From NCBI GenBank assembly GCA_049320605.1, contig JBMOQI010000013.1:449941-473940 (forward strand): a stretch of 24,000 bases of DNA, given 5' to 3'. The first letter of the stretch is position 1, and each line of letters begins with the position of its first letter. The notes under the pieces are model-generated. The model did no database searches. It worked only from the letters and a program-made list of their open reading frames with translations, and was not told where the DNA came from. The position numbers and the translations under genes were made by a program. This document shows, piece after piece, positions 1 to 9,224 of this stretch. The DNA comes from Pseudomonadota bacterium. GTDB lineage: Bacteria > Pseudomonadota > Gammaproteobacteria > Pseudomonadales > Moraxellaceae.

Positions 1-254
1 GTCGGCACAGGTCACATAGGCGTCGTAGTGCGCCGCCACGTCCGCGGCCGAGAGATTTTGCGTGGCGACGTCGAGGCCGGGGTAGGCGCGCTGCAGCAGG
101 GGCGCCAGGCGGAGGTCGAAGGCGGCGGTCACCTTTTCCGCCTTGTCCAGCAGGGCGGGCAGCAGGGCGCTGTAGACGAGCTGGTCGCCGATGCCCTGTT
201 CCTGGAGCACCAGCAGCGCGCCCACCGGCGTCTTGCCGTCCCACTCGGGGAGGG
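1..254. repeat. Exact 254-nt copy of 1599..1852 (conversion tract inside the tandem paralogs; may extend left of the window)
   Basis: Base-by-base comparison: 1..254 is identical to 1599..1852. The first mismatch is at 255 (g) versus 1853 (c). Confidence 0.95.
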
Positions 255-921
255 GAAGCTCCGCAGGCTTCATGCCGCGGGACTGCCAACGGTGGCCATA
301 CAGGGCAAAGCCCTGTTCGTAGCGCTCGGTTTTGAGCAGAAAGCCGGCGTATTCATGCAGAACTTCTGCATCGTCGGGAAACCGCTTCAAGGCTTCCGCA
401 TACATCTTCTCGGCGGCCGGAACATCCCCGCGCTGCTGATGGATGCCGGCCCAGTCCTTGAAGAGGCGCGGAATCTGCAGCCCCGCTTCAAAAGCCTTCT
501 CGTAATAGTGCAATGCCTTGCCGGATTCCTGCATGAGGTTGTAGCAGGCGCCGATGTTGAGGCACAGGTTGCCTGCCTCGACTTCCGCGGAACCAAGCAG
601 GTTCTCGAGCCGGGGCAGGGCTTCCGGATACCGGCCCTGCTGCACCAGCAGGAGGGCATACAGGAGCTTCAGCCTGTCCGGAATCGGCTGCAGGCTGGCT
701 GGAATCGCATTGAATACCCTTTCGGCATTTGCCGAGTCGCCGCGTTTGATAAGTAGCGTCATCAGCTCCTGGTAGCCGGCCGGGTTGAGCGGATAGGCCC
801 GGATGGCCTGCTGGTAAAGCTGCACGGCGGTCGCGATGCTGCCCGTCTTCTCCTGCTCTTTTGCCTGGCTCAGCAAGAGCAGGGATTGTTGCAGGCTGAG
901 GTGGCTGGTTGAGGCTGGCAT
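1..921 (-). CDS. TPR-repeat protein with GT9-like (heptosyltransferase-like) C-terminal domain, paralog 1; N-terminal 307 codons only, C-terminus lies left of the window
   Basis: Absent from the ORF track because it has no stop in the window. A reverse-strand ATG at 921..919 opens a frame that runs uninterrupted to position 1. Translation: MPASTSHLSLQQSLLLLSQAKEQEKTGSIATAVQLYQQAIRAYPLNPAGYQELM...EWDGKTPVGALLVLQEQGIGDQLVYSALLPALLDKAEKV... It is co-linear with the 1008..2519 gene at a constant 1598-nt offset. Confidence 0.75.
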   Translation of the reverse strand, partial: MPASTSHLSLQQSLLLLSQAKEQEKTGSIATAVQLYQQAIRAYPLNPAGYQELMTLLIKRGDSANAERVFNAIPASLQPIPDRLKLLYALLLVQQGRYPEALPRLENLLGSAEVEAGNLCLNIGACYNLMQESGKALHYYEKAFEAGLQIPRLFKDWAGIHQQRGDVPAAEKMYAEALKRFPDDAEVLHEYAGFLLKTERYEQGFALYGHRWQSRGMKPAELPLPEWDGKTPVGALLVLQEQGIGDQLVYSALLPALLDKAEKVTAAFDLRLAPLLQRAYPGLDVATQNLSAADVAAHYDAYVTCAD

Positions 922-1007
922 GCAGAGTGGTCCCGGATGCTCTTGTTTTAGTTATCCGCAGGGGGCTTGGCGCGGACTGTAAATCCAATGCGCGACGGCA
1001 GATATAG

Positions 1008-2519
1008 TCATGATCTCGCTTCGACATAGCCGGAGAGTGCATCTGCCACGGCCGCCATGACGGGCCCCCACTCGGCCGGCGCCCGGGCCCGGAACAGGCG
1101 GACATGCGGATACCAGCGCGTGGCCGATTCCCGGAAGCCCCAGTACCACAGCAGCGCCTGGCCCATCGGCACGATGACCCAGGTGGGGGCGTCGGTGGCG
1201 GCGGCCACATGGGCCGTGCTGTTGCTGGTGCTGATGACCAGGTCCAGGGCATGGGCCTGGGCCGCCAGCCCGTCGAGATCGGCAAAGCTGTCGATGTCGG
1301 GGTCCCGGTAGATCTCCACCCCCAGGGTGTCCCGGACCTTCCGCAGTTCCTCCTCCACCTCGCCGTATTGCAGGCAGATGAACTGGCAGGCGGGGTTTTC
1401 CAGGATCGGCCGCCAGCTCAGCAGGTTGATGCTTTTCATTTCGCCGTAGGTGGCGCGCTGGCTGCTCCAGGCAAGGCCGATCAGCTGTTTGCCGGGAAAG
1501 CGCTGCCGGTACCGGGCCTGCAACCGGGCGACGCGGCCGGCATCGGGCTTCAGGTAGCCGCCCTGCCAGCCGATGGCCTCTGGCACGAAGCGGCCCATGT
1601 CGGCACAGGTCACATAGGCGTCGTAGTGCGCCGCCACGTCCGCGGCCGAGAGATTTTGCGTGGCGACGTCGAGGCCGGGGTAGGCGCGCTGCAGCAGGGG
1701 CGCCAGGCGGAGGTCGAAGGCGGCGGTCACCTTTTCCGCCTTGTCCAGCAGGGCGGGCAGCAGGGCGCTGTAGACGAGCTGGTCGCCGATGCCCTGTTCC
1801 TGGAGCACCAGCAGCGCGCCCACCGGCGTCTTGCCGTCCCACTCGGGGAGGGCCGGGGTTGCCGGACGCGGCTTTATGGTTTGCCAGCGATGCTGGTAGA
1901 GGGCAAAGCCCTGTTCGTAGCGCTCGGCCTTCAGGAGAAAGCTGGAGTACTCATACAGAAGCTTTTCGTCGTCGGGAAACTGCTTCACGGCTTCCGCATA
2001 CATCTTCTCGGCGGCCGGAACATCCCCGCGCTGCTGATGGATGCCGGCCCAGTCCTTGAAGAAGGGAGCCGCCCGCAGGCCGGCCGCATAAGCCTTGTGA
2101 TAGAAACCCAGCGCCGTATCGATGCGCTGCCGCAGATTGTGGCAATTGCCGATGATGTACCAGATGCGCGCGGTGTCGAGCTCGGGGGCGCCGGCAAGCT
2201 TTTCCAGCAGCGCAATGGCCTCGTCGTAATGCCCCTGTTTGCTGAGCACCAGCGCATGCTGGAACTGCAGCTTCTTTGACGCGGCGTAGAGGGCGGGCGG
2301 AACCGCCTTGAGAACCAGCTCCGCATTGTCGGTGTTGTCCTGCCTCGTCAGCAGGGCCATCAGGGCCTCATAGCCGGCCGGGTTGAGCGGATAGGCCCGG
2401 ATGGCCTGCTGGTAAAGCTGCACGGCGGTCGCGATGCTGCCCGTCTTTTCCTGCTCTTTTGCCTGGCTCAGCAGAAGTACCGACTTCTGCAGCTTGGCTA
2501 TGTCGGACGGCGTTGGCAT
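1008..2519 (-). CDS. TPR-repeat protein with GT9-like (heptosyltransferase-like) C-terminal domain, paralog 2
   Basis: The track ORF 1008..2552 begins at a GTG. The ATG at 2519..2517 (MPTPSDIAKLQKSVLLLSQAKEQEKTG...) aligns exactly with the paralog-1 start at 921. The N-terminal half has TPR-like helical repeats (..AIALLEKL.., ..ALGFYHKAYAAG.., ..AEKMYAEAVKQFPDD..). The C-terminal half (GKQLIGLAWSS...SINLLSWRPIL...FICLQYG...DLDGLAAQAHALDLVISTSNSTAHVAAATDAPTWVIVP) resembles the GT9-like domain often fused to TPRs. The family call is from pattern memory only. Confidence 0.7.
   Translation of the reverse strand: MPTPSDIAKLQKSVLLLSQAKEQEKTGSIATAVQLYQQAIRAYPLNPAGYEALMALLTRQDNTDNAELVLKAVPPALYAASKKLQFQHALVLSKQGHYDEAIALLEKLAGAPELDTARIWYIIGNCHNLRQRIDTALGFYHKAYAAGLRAAPFFKDWAGIHQQRGDVPAAEKMYAEAVKQFPDDEKLLYEYSSFLLKAERYEQGFALYQHRWQTIKPRPATPALPEWDGKTPVGALLVLQEQGIGDQLVYSALLPALLDKAEKVTAAFDLRLAPLLQRAYPGLDVATQNLSAADVAAHYDAYVTCADMGRFVPEAIGWQGGYLKPDAGRVARLQARYRQRFPGKQLIGLAWSSQRATYGEMKSINLLSWRPILENPACQFICLQYGEVEEELRKVRDTLGVEIYRDPDIDSFADLDGLAAQAHALDLVISTSNSTAHVAAATDAPTWVIVPMGQALLWYWGFRESATRWYPHVRLFRARAPAEWGPVMAAVADALSGYVEARS
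1599..1852. repeat. Exact 254-nt copy of 1..254
   Basis: See 1..254. Further identical blocks at the same 1598-nt offset: 391..464 = 1989..2062, and 773..849 = 2371..2447. Confidence 0.95.
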
Positions 2520-2585
2520 AGGGTTGGGCCGGAAAAGGGTTATCGCCTGCACCGAAGGCCAGGCTTCAGGGCAGGGCCAGGAGCC

Positions 2586-3665
2586 TCAGACAGAGCGCTT
2601 TCTGGCCGGCAGCACGTCCTTCAGCTTATGGCGCATCTGGCGCACGGCTTGCTCGGTGGTTTCCCAGTCGATGCAGCCGTCGGTGACCGACTTGCCGTAC
2701 TCGAGCTGCGCCAGATCCCGGGGGATATCCTGGCGGCCGAACTTGAGGTGCGACTCCACCATCATGCCGACGATGGAAGCGTTGCCTTCGAGGATCTGGT
2801 TGCTGACGTTGTCCATCACCAGCGGCTGCAGGGCCGGGTCCTTGTTGGAGTTGGCATGCGAGGCGTCGATCATGAGGTTCTTGCTGACCTTGGACTTCTC
2901 CAGCTCGCGCTCCGCCAGCGCTACCGAGACCGAGTCGTAGTTGGGCTTGCCGTCGCCTCCGCGCAGCACGACATGGCCGTACCTGTTGCCGGTGGTGTTG
3001 ATGATGGCGCTGCAGCCGTTGGCGTCGATGCCGAGAAAGCTGTGCGGATTGGCCACGGAAAGCAGGGCATTGATGGCCACCTTGAGGCCGCCATCGGTAC
3101 CGTTCTTGAAACCGACGGGCGAGGAGAGACCCGAACTCATTTCGCGGTGGGTCTGCGATTCCGTCGTGCGGGCGCCGATGGCGGACCAGGCAATCAGGTC
3201 GTGCAGGTACTGGGGCGACATGGGGTCGAGCGCCTCGGTGGCGCAGGGCAGGCCCAGCTCGTTGAGCTCCAGCAGCAGCTTGCGGCCGATGTGGAGGCCA
3301 TCCTGGATACGGAAGGAGTCGTCCATATAGGGGTCGTTGATCAGCCCCTTCCAGCCCACGGTGGTACGGGGCTTTTCGAAATAGACGCGCATGACGAGGT
3401 AGAGGGTGTCGGCCACCTCGTCGGCCAGCTTCTTCAGGCGCCGGGCGTATTCCTGCGCGGCCTTTACGTCATGGATGGAGCAGGGGCCGATCACCAGGAA
3501 GAGGCGGTGATCCCGGCCGTCCAGGATGTCGCGGATGGTATTGCGACCGCCGAGCACGCTCTGGCGCGCCGTCTCGCTGAGCGGCAGCTCGCGCTTGAGC
3601 TGGGCCGGAGTAATCAGCAGTTCAGTGGAGCGGACATTGACGTCCTCGATGCGTGTTTCAGCCAT
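2586..3665 (-). CDS. 3-deoxy-7-phosphoheptulonate (DAHP) synthase, class I (AroF/G/H type)
   Basis: 359 aa with full-length family hallmarks: ..LFLVIGPCSIHD..YFEKPRTTVGWKGLINDP..IGARTTESQTHRE..GFKNGTDG..IDASHANS.. Isoenzyme and feedback specificity cannot be read from the sequence. Confidence 0.95.
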   Translation of the reverse strand: MAETRIEDVNVRSTELLITPAQLKRELPLSETARQSVLGGRNTIRDILDGRDHRLFLVIGPCSIHDVKAAQEYARRLKKLADEVADTLYLVMRVYFEKPRTTVGWKGLINDPYMDDSFRIQDGLHIGRKLLLELNELGLPCATEALDPMSPQYLHDLIAWSAIGARTTESQTHREMSSGLSSPVGFKNGTDGGLKVAINALLSVANPHSFLGIDANGCSAIINTTGNRYGHVVLRGGDGKPNYDSVSVALAERELEKSKVSKNLMIDASHANSNKDPALQPLVMDNVSNQILEGNASIVGMMVESHLKFGRQDIPRDLAQLEYGKSVTDGCIDWETTEQAVRQMRHKLKDVLPARKRSV

Positions 3666-3772
3666 TACCAGTCTCTGGGTTTTGCGCGAAAGAATGCAAT
3701 TCTATTGAAATCGTGCCGCTGTTTCATCCCGGGGTTTCGTTAGCGTCCCCCGGGTTTGCGGAAGCCCGCGCC

Positions 3773-4564
3773 CTAGAAAAACATGAATTTCACGCTGAGG
3801 AGCGCCAGCGTCACGCCGAGGATGGGGCGGATCACGTCTTCCCGCATCCGGGAGGAAAGCAGGGTGCCGGCAACAATGGCCGGCAGCGAGCCGATCAGCA
3901 GCCAGCCCAGCAGGGAGAAATCGACATTGCCCATCTGCATGTGGCCCAGCCCCGCGACCAGAGTCAGCAATACGGCATGGGTAACGTCCGTACCGATGAT
4001 CTGGATGGTGGAAAGGCGGGGATACAGGCTCAGCAGCACCACCACGCCAAACGCCCCGGCCCCCACGGACGACAGGGTCACAAGCACTCCCAGCGCCAGG
4101 CCCATGAACAAGGTGAACGCGGTCGTATGGCGATCGATCAGGCGGCGCAGATGGCTCTGCAGGGGATTGGCGTCATGTAGCCGTTGCAGCTGTTTGCGAA
4201 AGCAGAGCGAGGCGGCCGTGAGCATCAGCATGAAGCCCAGCGACATGGTCAGGGCCTGGCGGTATTCGTTGGCGCTGCCAAAGAAAGTGCTGAGCACCCA
4301 CAGGGTCAGCAGGGCAGCAGGAATGCTGCCGGCAGCCAGCCAACCGGCAACAGGCCAGTTGATGTTGCGCTTGCCGGCATGTATGACGGCGCCTCCGGAT
4401 TTGGTGAGGGCGGCGTAGAGCAGGTCGGTGCCGATCGCCGTGTGCAGCGGAATGCCCATGAGGGTAAGCAGGGGCGTCATCAGGGAGCCGCCCCCCACGC
4501 CGGTGACGCCTACACAGAACCCTACGGCCGCCCCGGCCAGGATGAAGTGAATGCCTTCGGTCAC
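3773..4564 (-). CDS. TauE/SafE (DUF81) family sulfite/organosulfonate-type exporter, polytopic membrane protein
   Basis: 263 aa and hydrophobic throughout. Gly-rich motif GVTGVGGGSLMTPLL near the N-terminus, repeated in the second half (LSSVGAGAFGVVVL), typical of the family. Divergent from cysB. Confidence 0.8.
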   Translation of the reverse strand: MTEGIHFILAGAAVGFCVGVTGVGGGSLMTPLLTLMGIPLHTAIGTDLLYAALTKSGGAVIHAGKRNINWPVAGWLAAGSIPAALLTLWVLSTFFGSANEYRQALTMSLGFMLMLTAASLCFRKQLQRLHDANPLQSHLRRLIDRHTTAFTLFMGLALGVLVTLSSVGAGAFGVVVLLSLYPRLSTIQIIGTDVTHAVLLTLVAGLGHMQMGNVDFSLLGWLLIGSLPAIVAGTLLSSRMREDVIRPILGVTLALLSVKFMFF

Positions 4565-5696
<1,132 letters not shown>

Positions 5697-5782
5697 GCCT
5701 TGGGCAAACAAAAAAGCCGGCGAATCCGACCGGGTAAAACCTCAATTTTCGGATTAAGCAGCCCCAAAGTGCGGGAATAAAA

Positions 5783-5818
5783 CAAAAGGGCGCCCCCATA
5801 TGTTGGGACGCCCTTTTG
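5783..5818. terminator. Bidirectional intrinsic terminator between convergent cysB and cysH
   Basis: caaaagggcg (5783..5792) pairs with cgcccttttg (5809..5818). T-rich runs follow on both strands: cgtttcgggttttttt on +, ttttattccc on -. Confidence 0.6.
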
Positions 5819-5878
5819 CGTTTCGGGTTTTTTTACACAGTCCGGAATGCCGGCTTTTTCATTGGCGGGCGCTGCCGG

Positions 5879-6604
5879 CTAGTCAAGATTGACGAGGTGC
5901 AGGCCGCATTCCTTCCTGGTGGCTTCTTCCCACCACCAGCGCCCTTCGCGTTCGTGCTGGCCCGGCAGGACGGGGCGTGTGCAGGGCTCGCAGCCGATGC
6001 TGACGAAGCCTTTCCCGTGCAGCTCGTTATAGGGCAGGTCGAAGGCCCGGATGTAGGCCCAGACCTCTTCCGAGGTCCAGTTGGCCAGGGGATTGAACTT
6101 GGCCAGCAGCTCTCCGGGGCGGTTGAAGGTGGTGTCGGCCTGAGCCACCGGGATTGCATGCCGGGTGTTCGGGCTCTGGTCCTTGCGTTGTCCGGTAATC
6201 CAGGCATCCAGCGTGGCCAGTTTCTTGCGCAGCGGGGCTACCTTGCGAATGCCGCAGCATTCTTCATGGGTGTCCTGGTAGAAGCTGAAAAGGCCTTTCG
6301 CATCGACCATCTTCTGCAGGGCTTCGGGCTCCGGAAAGCACACCTCGAGCTGAATGCCGTAATGGATGCGCACCTTGTCGAGGAAGCGGTAGGTTTCCGG
6401 ATGCAGACGCGCGGTATCCAGCGTGAATACACGGAAGGGCCTGCCGGTTTTCCTGGCCATGTCGATCAGCACCACATCTTCCGCGCCGCTAAAGGAAATG
6501 GCGATGTTGTCGAAGTTTTCCAGGGCCAGCTTCAAGATCTGCTGGGGTGATTTCTTCTCGTAGGCGCTGGCCCAGCCCTGCAGGGTGGTTTCGGTAACAC
6601 TCAT
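5879..6604 (-). CDS. cysH: Thioredoxin-dependent adenylyl-sulfate (APS)/PAPS reductase, Fe-S-containing type
   Basis: 241 aa. It carries EECCGIRKV (Cys pair), [10 protein letters not shown] (CxxC) and the C-terminal KECGLH signature. The CC plus CxxC cysteines are the [4Fe-4S] ligands of APS-type reductases and are absent from E. coli-type PAPS reductase. Confidence 0.93.
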   Translation of the reverse strand: MSVTETTLQGWASAYEKKSPQQILKLALENFDNIAISFSGAEDVVLIDMARKTGRPFRVFTLDTARLHPETYRFLDKVRIHYGIQLEVCFPEPEALQKMVDAKGLFSFYQDTHEECCGIRKVAPLRKKLATLDAWITGQRKDQSPNTRHAIPVAQADTTFNRPGELLAKFNPLANWTSEEVWAYIRAFDLPYNELHGKGFVSIGCEPCTRPVLPGQHEREGRWWWEEATRKECGLHLVNLD

Positions 6605-6697
6605 GGATAATCCCTGAAGAATCGAATGACAGGCCGGCAGTTTACCAGACAGGGAAGGGGCTCCCTACCTCGGCGCCGCCGGCCAGATTGCAGAGCC
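6605..6697. promoter_or_regulatory. Divergent promoter region between cysH and thrH
   Basis: Intergenic region between divergent starts. No individual boxes are called. Confidence 0.4.
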
Positions 6698-7366
6698 ATG
6701 GCCGAATCAGTAGAGTTCGCGGCGTTTTCGAGAAGCGGGCGGGGGTGTGCGGTGGAGATTGTCTGTCTGGACCTGGAAGGCGTGCTGGTGCCTGAAATCT
6801 GGATCAACTTTGCCAGGCGCCGGGGCATCAAGGCGCTCGAAGCCACCACGCGCGACATTCCCGATTACGATGTGCTCATGCGCCAGCGTCTTCGCATTCT
6901 CGACGAGCACCAGCTCGGCCTCGGCGATATTCAGGCGGTGATCGCCGACATGGGCCCGCTGCCCGGCGCCAGGGAGTTCGTGGAATGGGTGCGCGAGCAT
7001 TTCCAGCTCATCATCCTTTCGGATACTTTCTATGAGTTCGCTCATCCGCTTATGCGCCAGCTGGGCTGGCCGAGCCTGATGTGCCACAAGCTCGAAACCG
7101 ATGCGGAAGGCCGGATCACCAGCTATGTTCTGCGCCAGCCCGATCAGAAGCGGCAAGCTGTGAAAGCATTGCATGGGTTGAATTACCGGGTAATCGCCGC
7201 CGGTGATTCCTATAACGACACCAACATGCTGTCCGAGGCGGATCGCGGCATTCTTTTTGATGCGCCGGAAAACGTGATCCGTGAATTCCCGCAGTTCCCG
7301 GTTACCCGCAGCTACGAGGAACTGAAGGCGGAAATTCGCAAGGGCTCTCTGCGACGGATTCCCTGA
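6698..7366 (+). CDS. thrH: HAD-family bifunctional phosphoserine phosphatase / homoserine phosphotransferase ThrH
   Basis: The body (EIVCLDLEGVLVPEIWINFA...TTRDIPDYDVLMRQRLRILDEH...ILSDTFYEFAHPLMRQLG...AAGDSYNDTNMLSEA...APENVIREFPQFP) matches P. aeruginosa ThrH as I recall it. The position next to cysH and pabB is also as in PAO1. The start is ambiguous: ATG 6698 (used here) or GTG 6752, which aligns with the ThrH N-terminus. I rejected the track start at 6626. Confidence 0.85.
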   Translation: MAESVEFAAFSRSGRGCAVEIVCLDLEGVLVPEIWINFARRRGIKALEATTRDIPDYDVLMRQRLRILDEHQLGLGDIQAVIADMGPLPGAREFVEWVREHFQLIILSDTFYEFAHPLMRQLGWPSLMCHKLETDAEGRITSYVLRQPDQKRQAVKALHGLNYRVIAAGDSYNDTNMLSEADRGILFDAPENVIREFPQFPVTRSYEELKAEIRKGSLRRIP

Positions 7367-7403
7367 GAGCCTGTTCATAATCTATTTGCCGCGCTGTCCG
7401 TCG

Positions 7404-7477
7404 TCTCTTTTCGCGGCTAAAGCCGCTCCTACATAGGAATTAATACCTGTAGGAGCGGCTTTAGCCGCGAAAAGAGA
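7404..7477. repeat. REP-like extragenic palindrome (perfect 30-bp arms, 14-nt loop); probable bidirectional transcript-end structure between thrH and pabB
   Basis: 7404..7433 (tctcttttcgcggctaaagccgctcctaca) is the exact reverse complement of 7448..7477 (tgtaggagcggctttagccgcgaaaagaga). Each arm also holds an internal dyad, gcggct-aa-agccgc. The tgtaggagc...gcgaaaag core resembles REP families of Pseudomonas genomes. Confidence 0.85.
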
Positions 7478-7662
7478 ATCGCAGGCCCATCTTTTAATGG
7501 ACCACTCCAAGATTTTGGACAGGCTCTGAGATGCGGGTGCCGGCGGCGGCAATGACTGCGTCTGCCGCCGGTTAAGTGCCCGCCTAGAAGTTTTCCGGCA
7601 ACGGATGCCCGTGATTTCAGCTGCCCTGGCCTGAAAATGTCGCAAAACTTTGGTTCAGGCAC

Positions 7663-9006
7663 TTAATCCTGAGGCCCCATGCGCTCTAGCGCGCTCATCA
7701 GGGCGCCTATCTTGTCGAAACACTCCTGATATTCCTTGTCGCATTCCGAGTCGGCGACTATGCCGCCGCCAGCCCAGGCATAAAGGTCGTCCCCGATGCG
7801 CAGGAGTGTGCGGATCGCAATGTTCAAGAGGGCGTCGCCATCGCTGCCGATATAGCCGATGCTGCCGCAATAAATGGATCGCGGAGTCGGCTCCAGTTCG
7901 GCAATGATTTGCATGGCGCGCTTTTTCGGCGCGCCGGTAATTGAGCCGCCCGGAAAGGCATCCCTTATCAGGTCGACGGTAGCGGAGTCTTTTCGGAGCC
8001 TGCCCGTTACGGTGCTCACCAGATGGTGAACGTGGGGAAGGCTCTCGACCTCAAAAAGTTTCTCTACCTTTACGGAGCCCGTCTCGGCGTGTTGTGCAAT
8101 GTCATGACGCAGCAGGTCCACGATCATGAGGTTCTCGGCGAGATTCTTGCTGCTGCGGGCCAGTTCGTTGCGCCACCTGGTGTCGGTCAGCGTATCGCTG
8201 GCGCGAGGCGCCGTTCCCTTGATGGGCTTGCTGGTGATGCGGCCTTTGTCGACGCGCAGGAAAAGCTCGGGGGAGAGGCACATCACGTCCCCTTCTGGCA
8301 GTGAGATCCAGGCGGCATGGGCGGGGTCGCTTTCCTTGATCAGGCAGGCCATGGCGCTTGAACTGCTGCCCTCGCAGCCCGCGTGGAAGGCTTGCGCATA
8401 GTTCACCTGGTAGCAGTCCCCGGCCTGGAGATAGGCTTGAATGCGGCTGAAATGCTCGCGGTACTGCGTGATCGGCGTCAGGGGGGCAAAGGGGGTACGG
8501 AGTCGAAATGCCGGGGCTGATCGCCCTGTGAAACTGGTCACATTTCCGAAAAGTTTTTCCCACTCCGCCCCCATGGGGTCGGCGCCGTGGGTGGTCACCA
8601 ATTCGGCCGTTTGCCTGGAGTGATCTATATAAACGAAGCGTGGGTATATACCCATATACGCGCCAGGAAATTCTGGTGTCGAGCTGTCGGGTGAATGCTC
8701 GTAGCCTAGAAACCCCATGATGCCCCCCCGGAAAGGCAGGTCTTCCAGGCCTGCTGCGGAGGGGGGCTGAAAGAGAAGCCGGGGGAGTTCTTCCCAGAAG
8801 TCGCGCCATGTGGGGACAGTTAAAATTCCACCTTCTTTTTCCTTTTTAATTGCTTGATTTAAATAAAGAAGTGCACTACTCGGAAAGGCGGCGAAAAGCT
8901 CTTGCCGGCGGCTTCCCGGGCGCAGCCAGAGGGCCCTGTCTTGGGGCCCGGCACAGGCCCGGAGACGGGCGCCCAGATCAGGGAAGTAGGGCAGGGGAGT
9001 ACGCAT
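7663..9006 (-). CDS. pabB: Aminodeoxychorismate synthase component I (PabB)
   Basis: Chorismate-utilising enzyme motifs: SPELFLRV, KPIKGTAPR, FPGGSITGAPKKRAMQII, CGSIGYIG, AGGGIVADS. The Lys in PIKGT is the PabB catalytic lysine; TrpE has PIAGT. The track ORF extends to 9069. I prefer ATG 9006 (MRTPLPYFPDLG..., 447 aa). Confidence 0.9.
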   Translation of the reverse strand: MRTPLPYFPDLGARLRACAGPQDRALWLRPGSRRQELFAAFPSSALLYLNQAIKKEKEGGILTVPTWRDFWEELPRLLFQPPSAAGLEDLPFRGGIMGFLGYEHSPDSSTPEFPGAYMGIYPRFVYIDHSRQTAELVTTHGADPMGAEWEKLFGNVTSFTGRSAPAFRLRTPFAPLTPITQYREHFSRIQAYLQAGDCYQVNYAQAFHAGCEGSSSSAMACLIKESDPAHAAWISLPEGDVMCLSPELFLRVDKGRITSKPIKGTAPRASDTLTDTRWRNELARSSKNLAENLMIVDLLRHDIAQHAETGSVKVEKLFEVESLPHVHHLVSTVTGRLRKDSATVDLIRDAFPGGSITGAPKKRAMQIIAELEPTPRSIYCGSIGYIGSDGDALLNIAIRTLLRIGDDLYAWAGGGIVADSECDKEYQECFDKIGALMSALERMGPQD

Positions 9007-9224
9007 AGGGAGTGGGGCGAGATGACCTGTGGAAGTGGACGAGATGACCTGTGACGAATGGCGTAGCAATTCTATCCGCTTTACTCATATGCCGTTCGTC
9101 GCGACGTAAACAGTTCAGTTACAAAGTCTTGCCCGGAGGTTTTTGAGCGTGGTAGCTTGCCTCGGCATAACTCCAAATACCCCAGGGTTATACAGCCAAG
9201 AATAAAATCCAGGAGAATCAAAAG
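9007..9224. promoter_or_regulatory. Divergent promoter region between pabB and the first fibre-subunit gene
   Basis: 218-nt intergenic region between divergent starts. An SD aggaga (9211..9216) precedes ATG 9225. I could not identify a convincing -35/-10 pair. Confidence 0.4.

Noticed and set aside
28-2279. Long plus-strand ORFs 28..756 and 1104..2279, and minus-strand off-frame ORFs 488..1285 and 952..1842
   Set aside because: They lie antisense to, or off-frame within, the two TPR/GT9-like genes. Their translations are Arg/Gly/Ala/Pro-rich low-complexity strings typical of non-coding frames in high-GC DNA. Their apparent duplication simply mirrors the tandem paralogs.
2628-3743. 371-aa plus-strand ORF opposite the DAHP synthase gene; similar long antisense ORFs at 9264..10151, 10505..11098, 15982..17049, 18776..20200, 21046..22086 and 22184..23257
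   Set aside because: Each lies fully within a confidently identified gene on the other strand and has no recognisable motifs. Each also shows the Ala/Gly/Arg/Val/Asp-biased composition expected from reading GC3-rich codons backwards.
3728-3754. Hairpin cccgggg-N13-ccccggg downstream of the TauE-family gene, considered as a possible terminator
   Set aside because: On the relevant (minus) strand no T-run follows it. It also lies in the region that must hold the DAHP synthase promoter, so it is not convincing as an intrinsic terminator.
7572-7666. 9-bp inverted repeat ttaagtgcc / ggcacttaa separated by 77 nt and overlapping the pabB stop codon; also the 8-bp stem ccggcggc..gccgccgg near 7540..7570; considered as a possible sRNA or riboswitch
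   Set aside because: The stems are short with long spacers. I recognise no conserved RNA family motif, and no promoter/terminator pair defines a transcript. They could easily arise by chance in GC-rich DNA.
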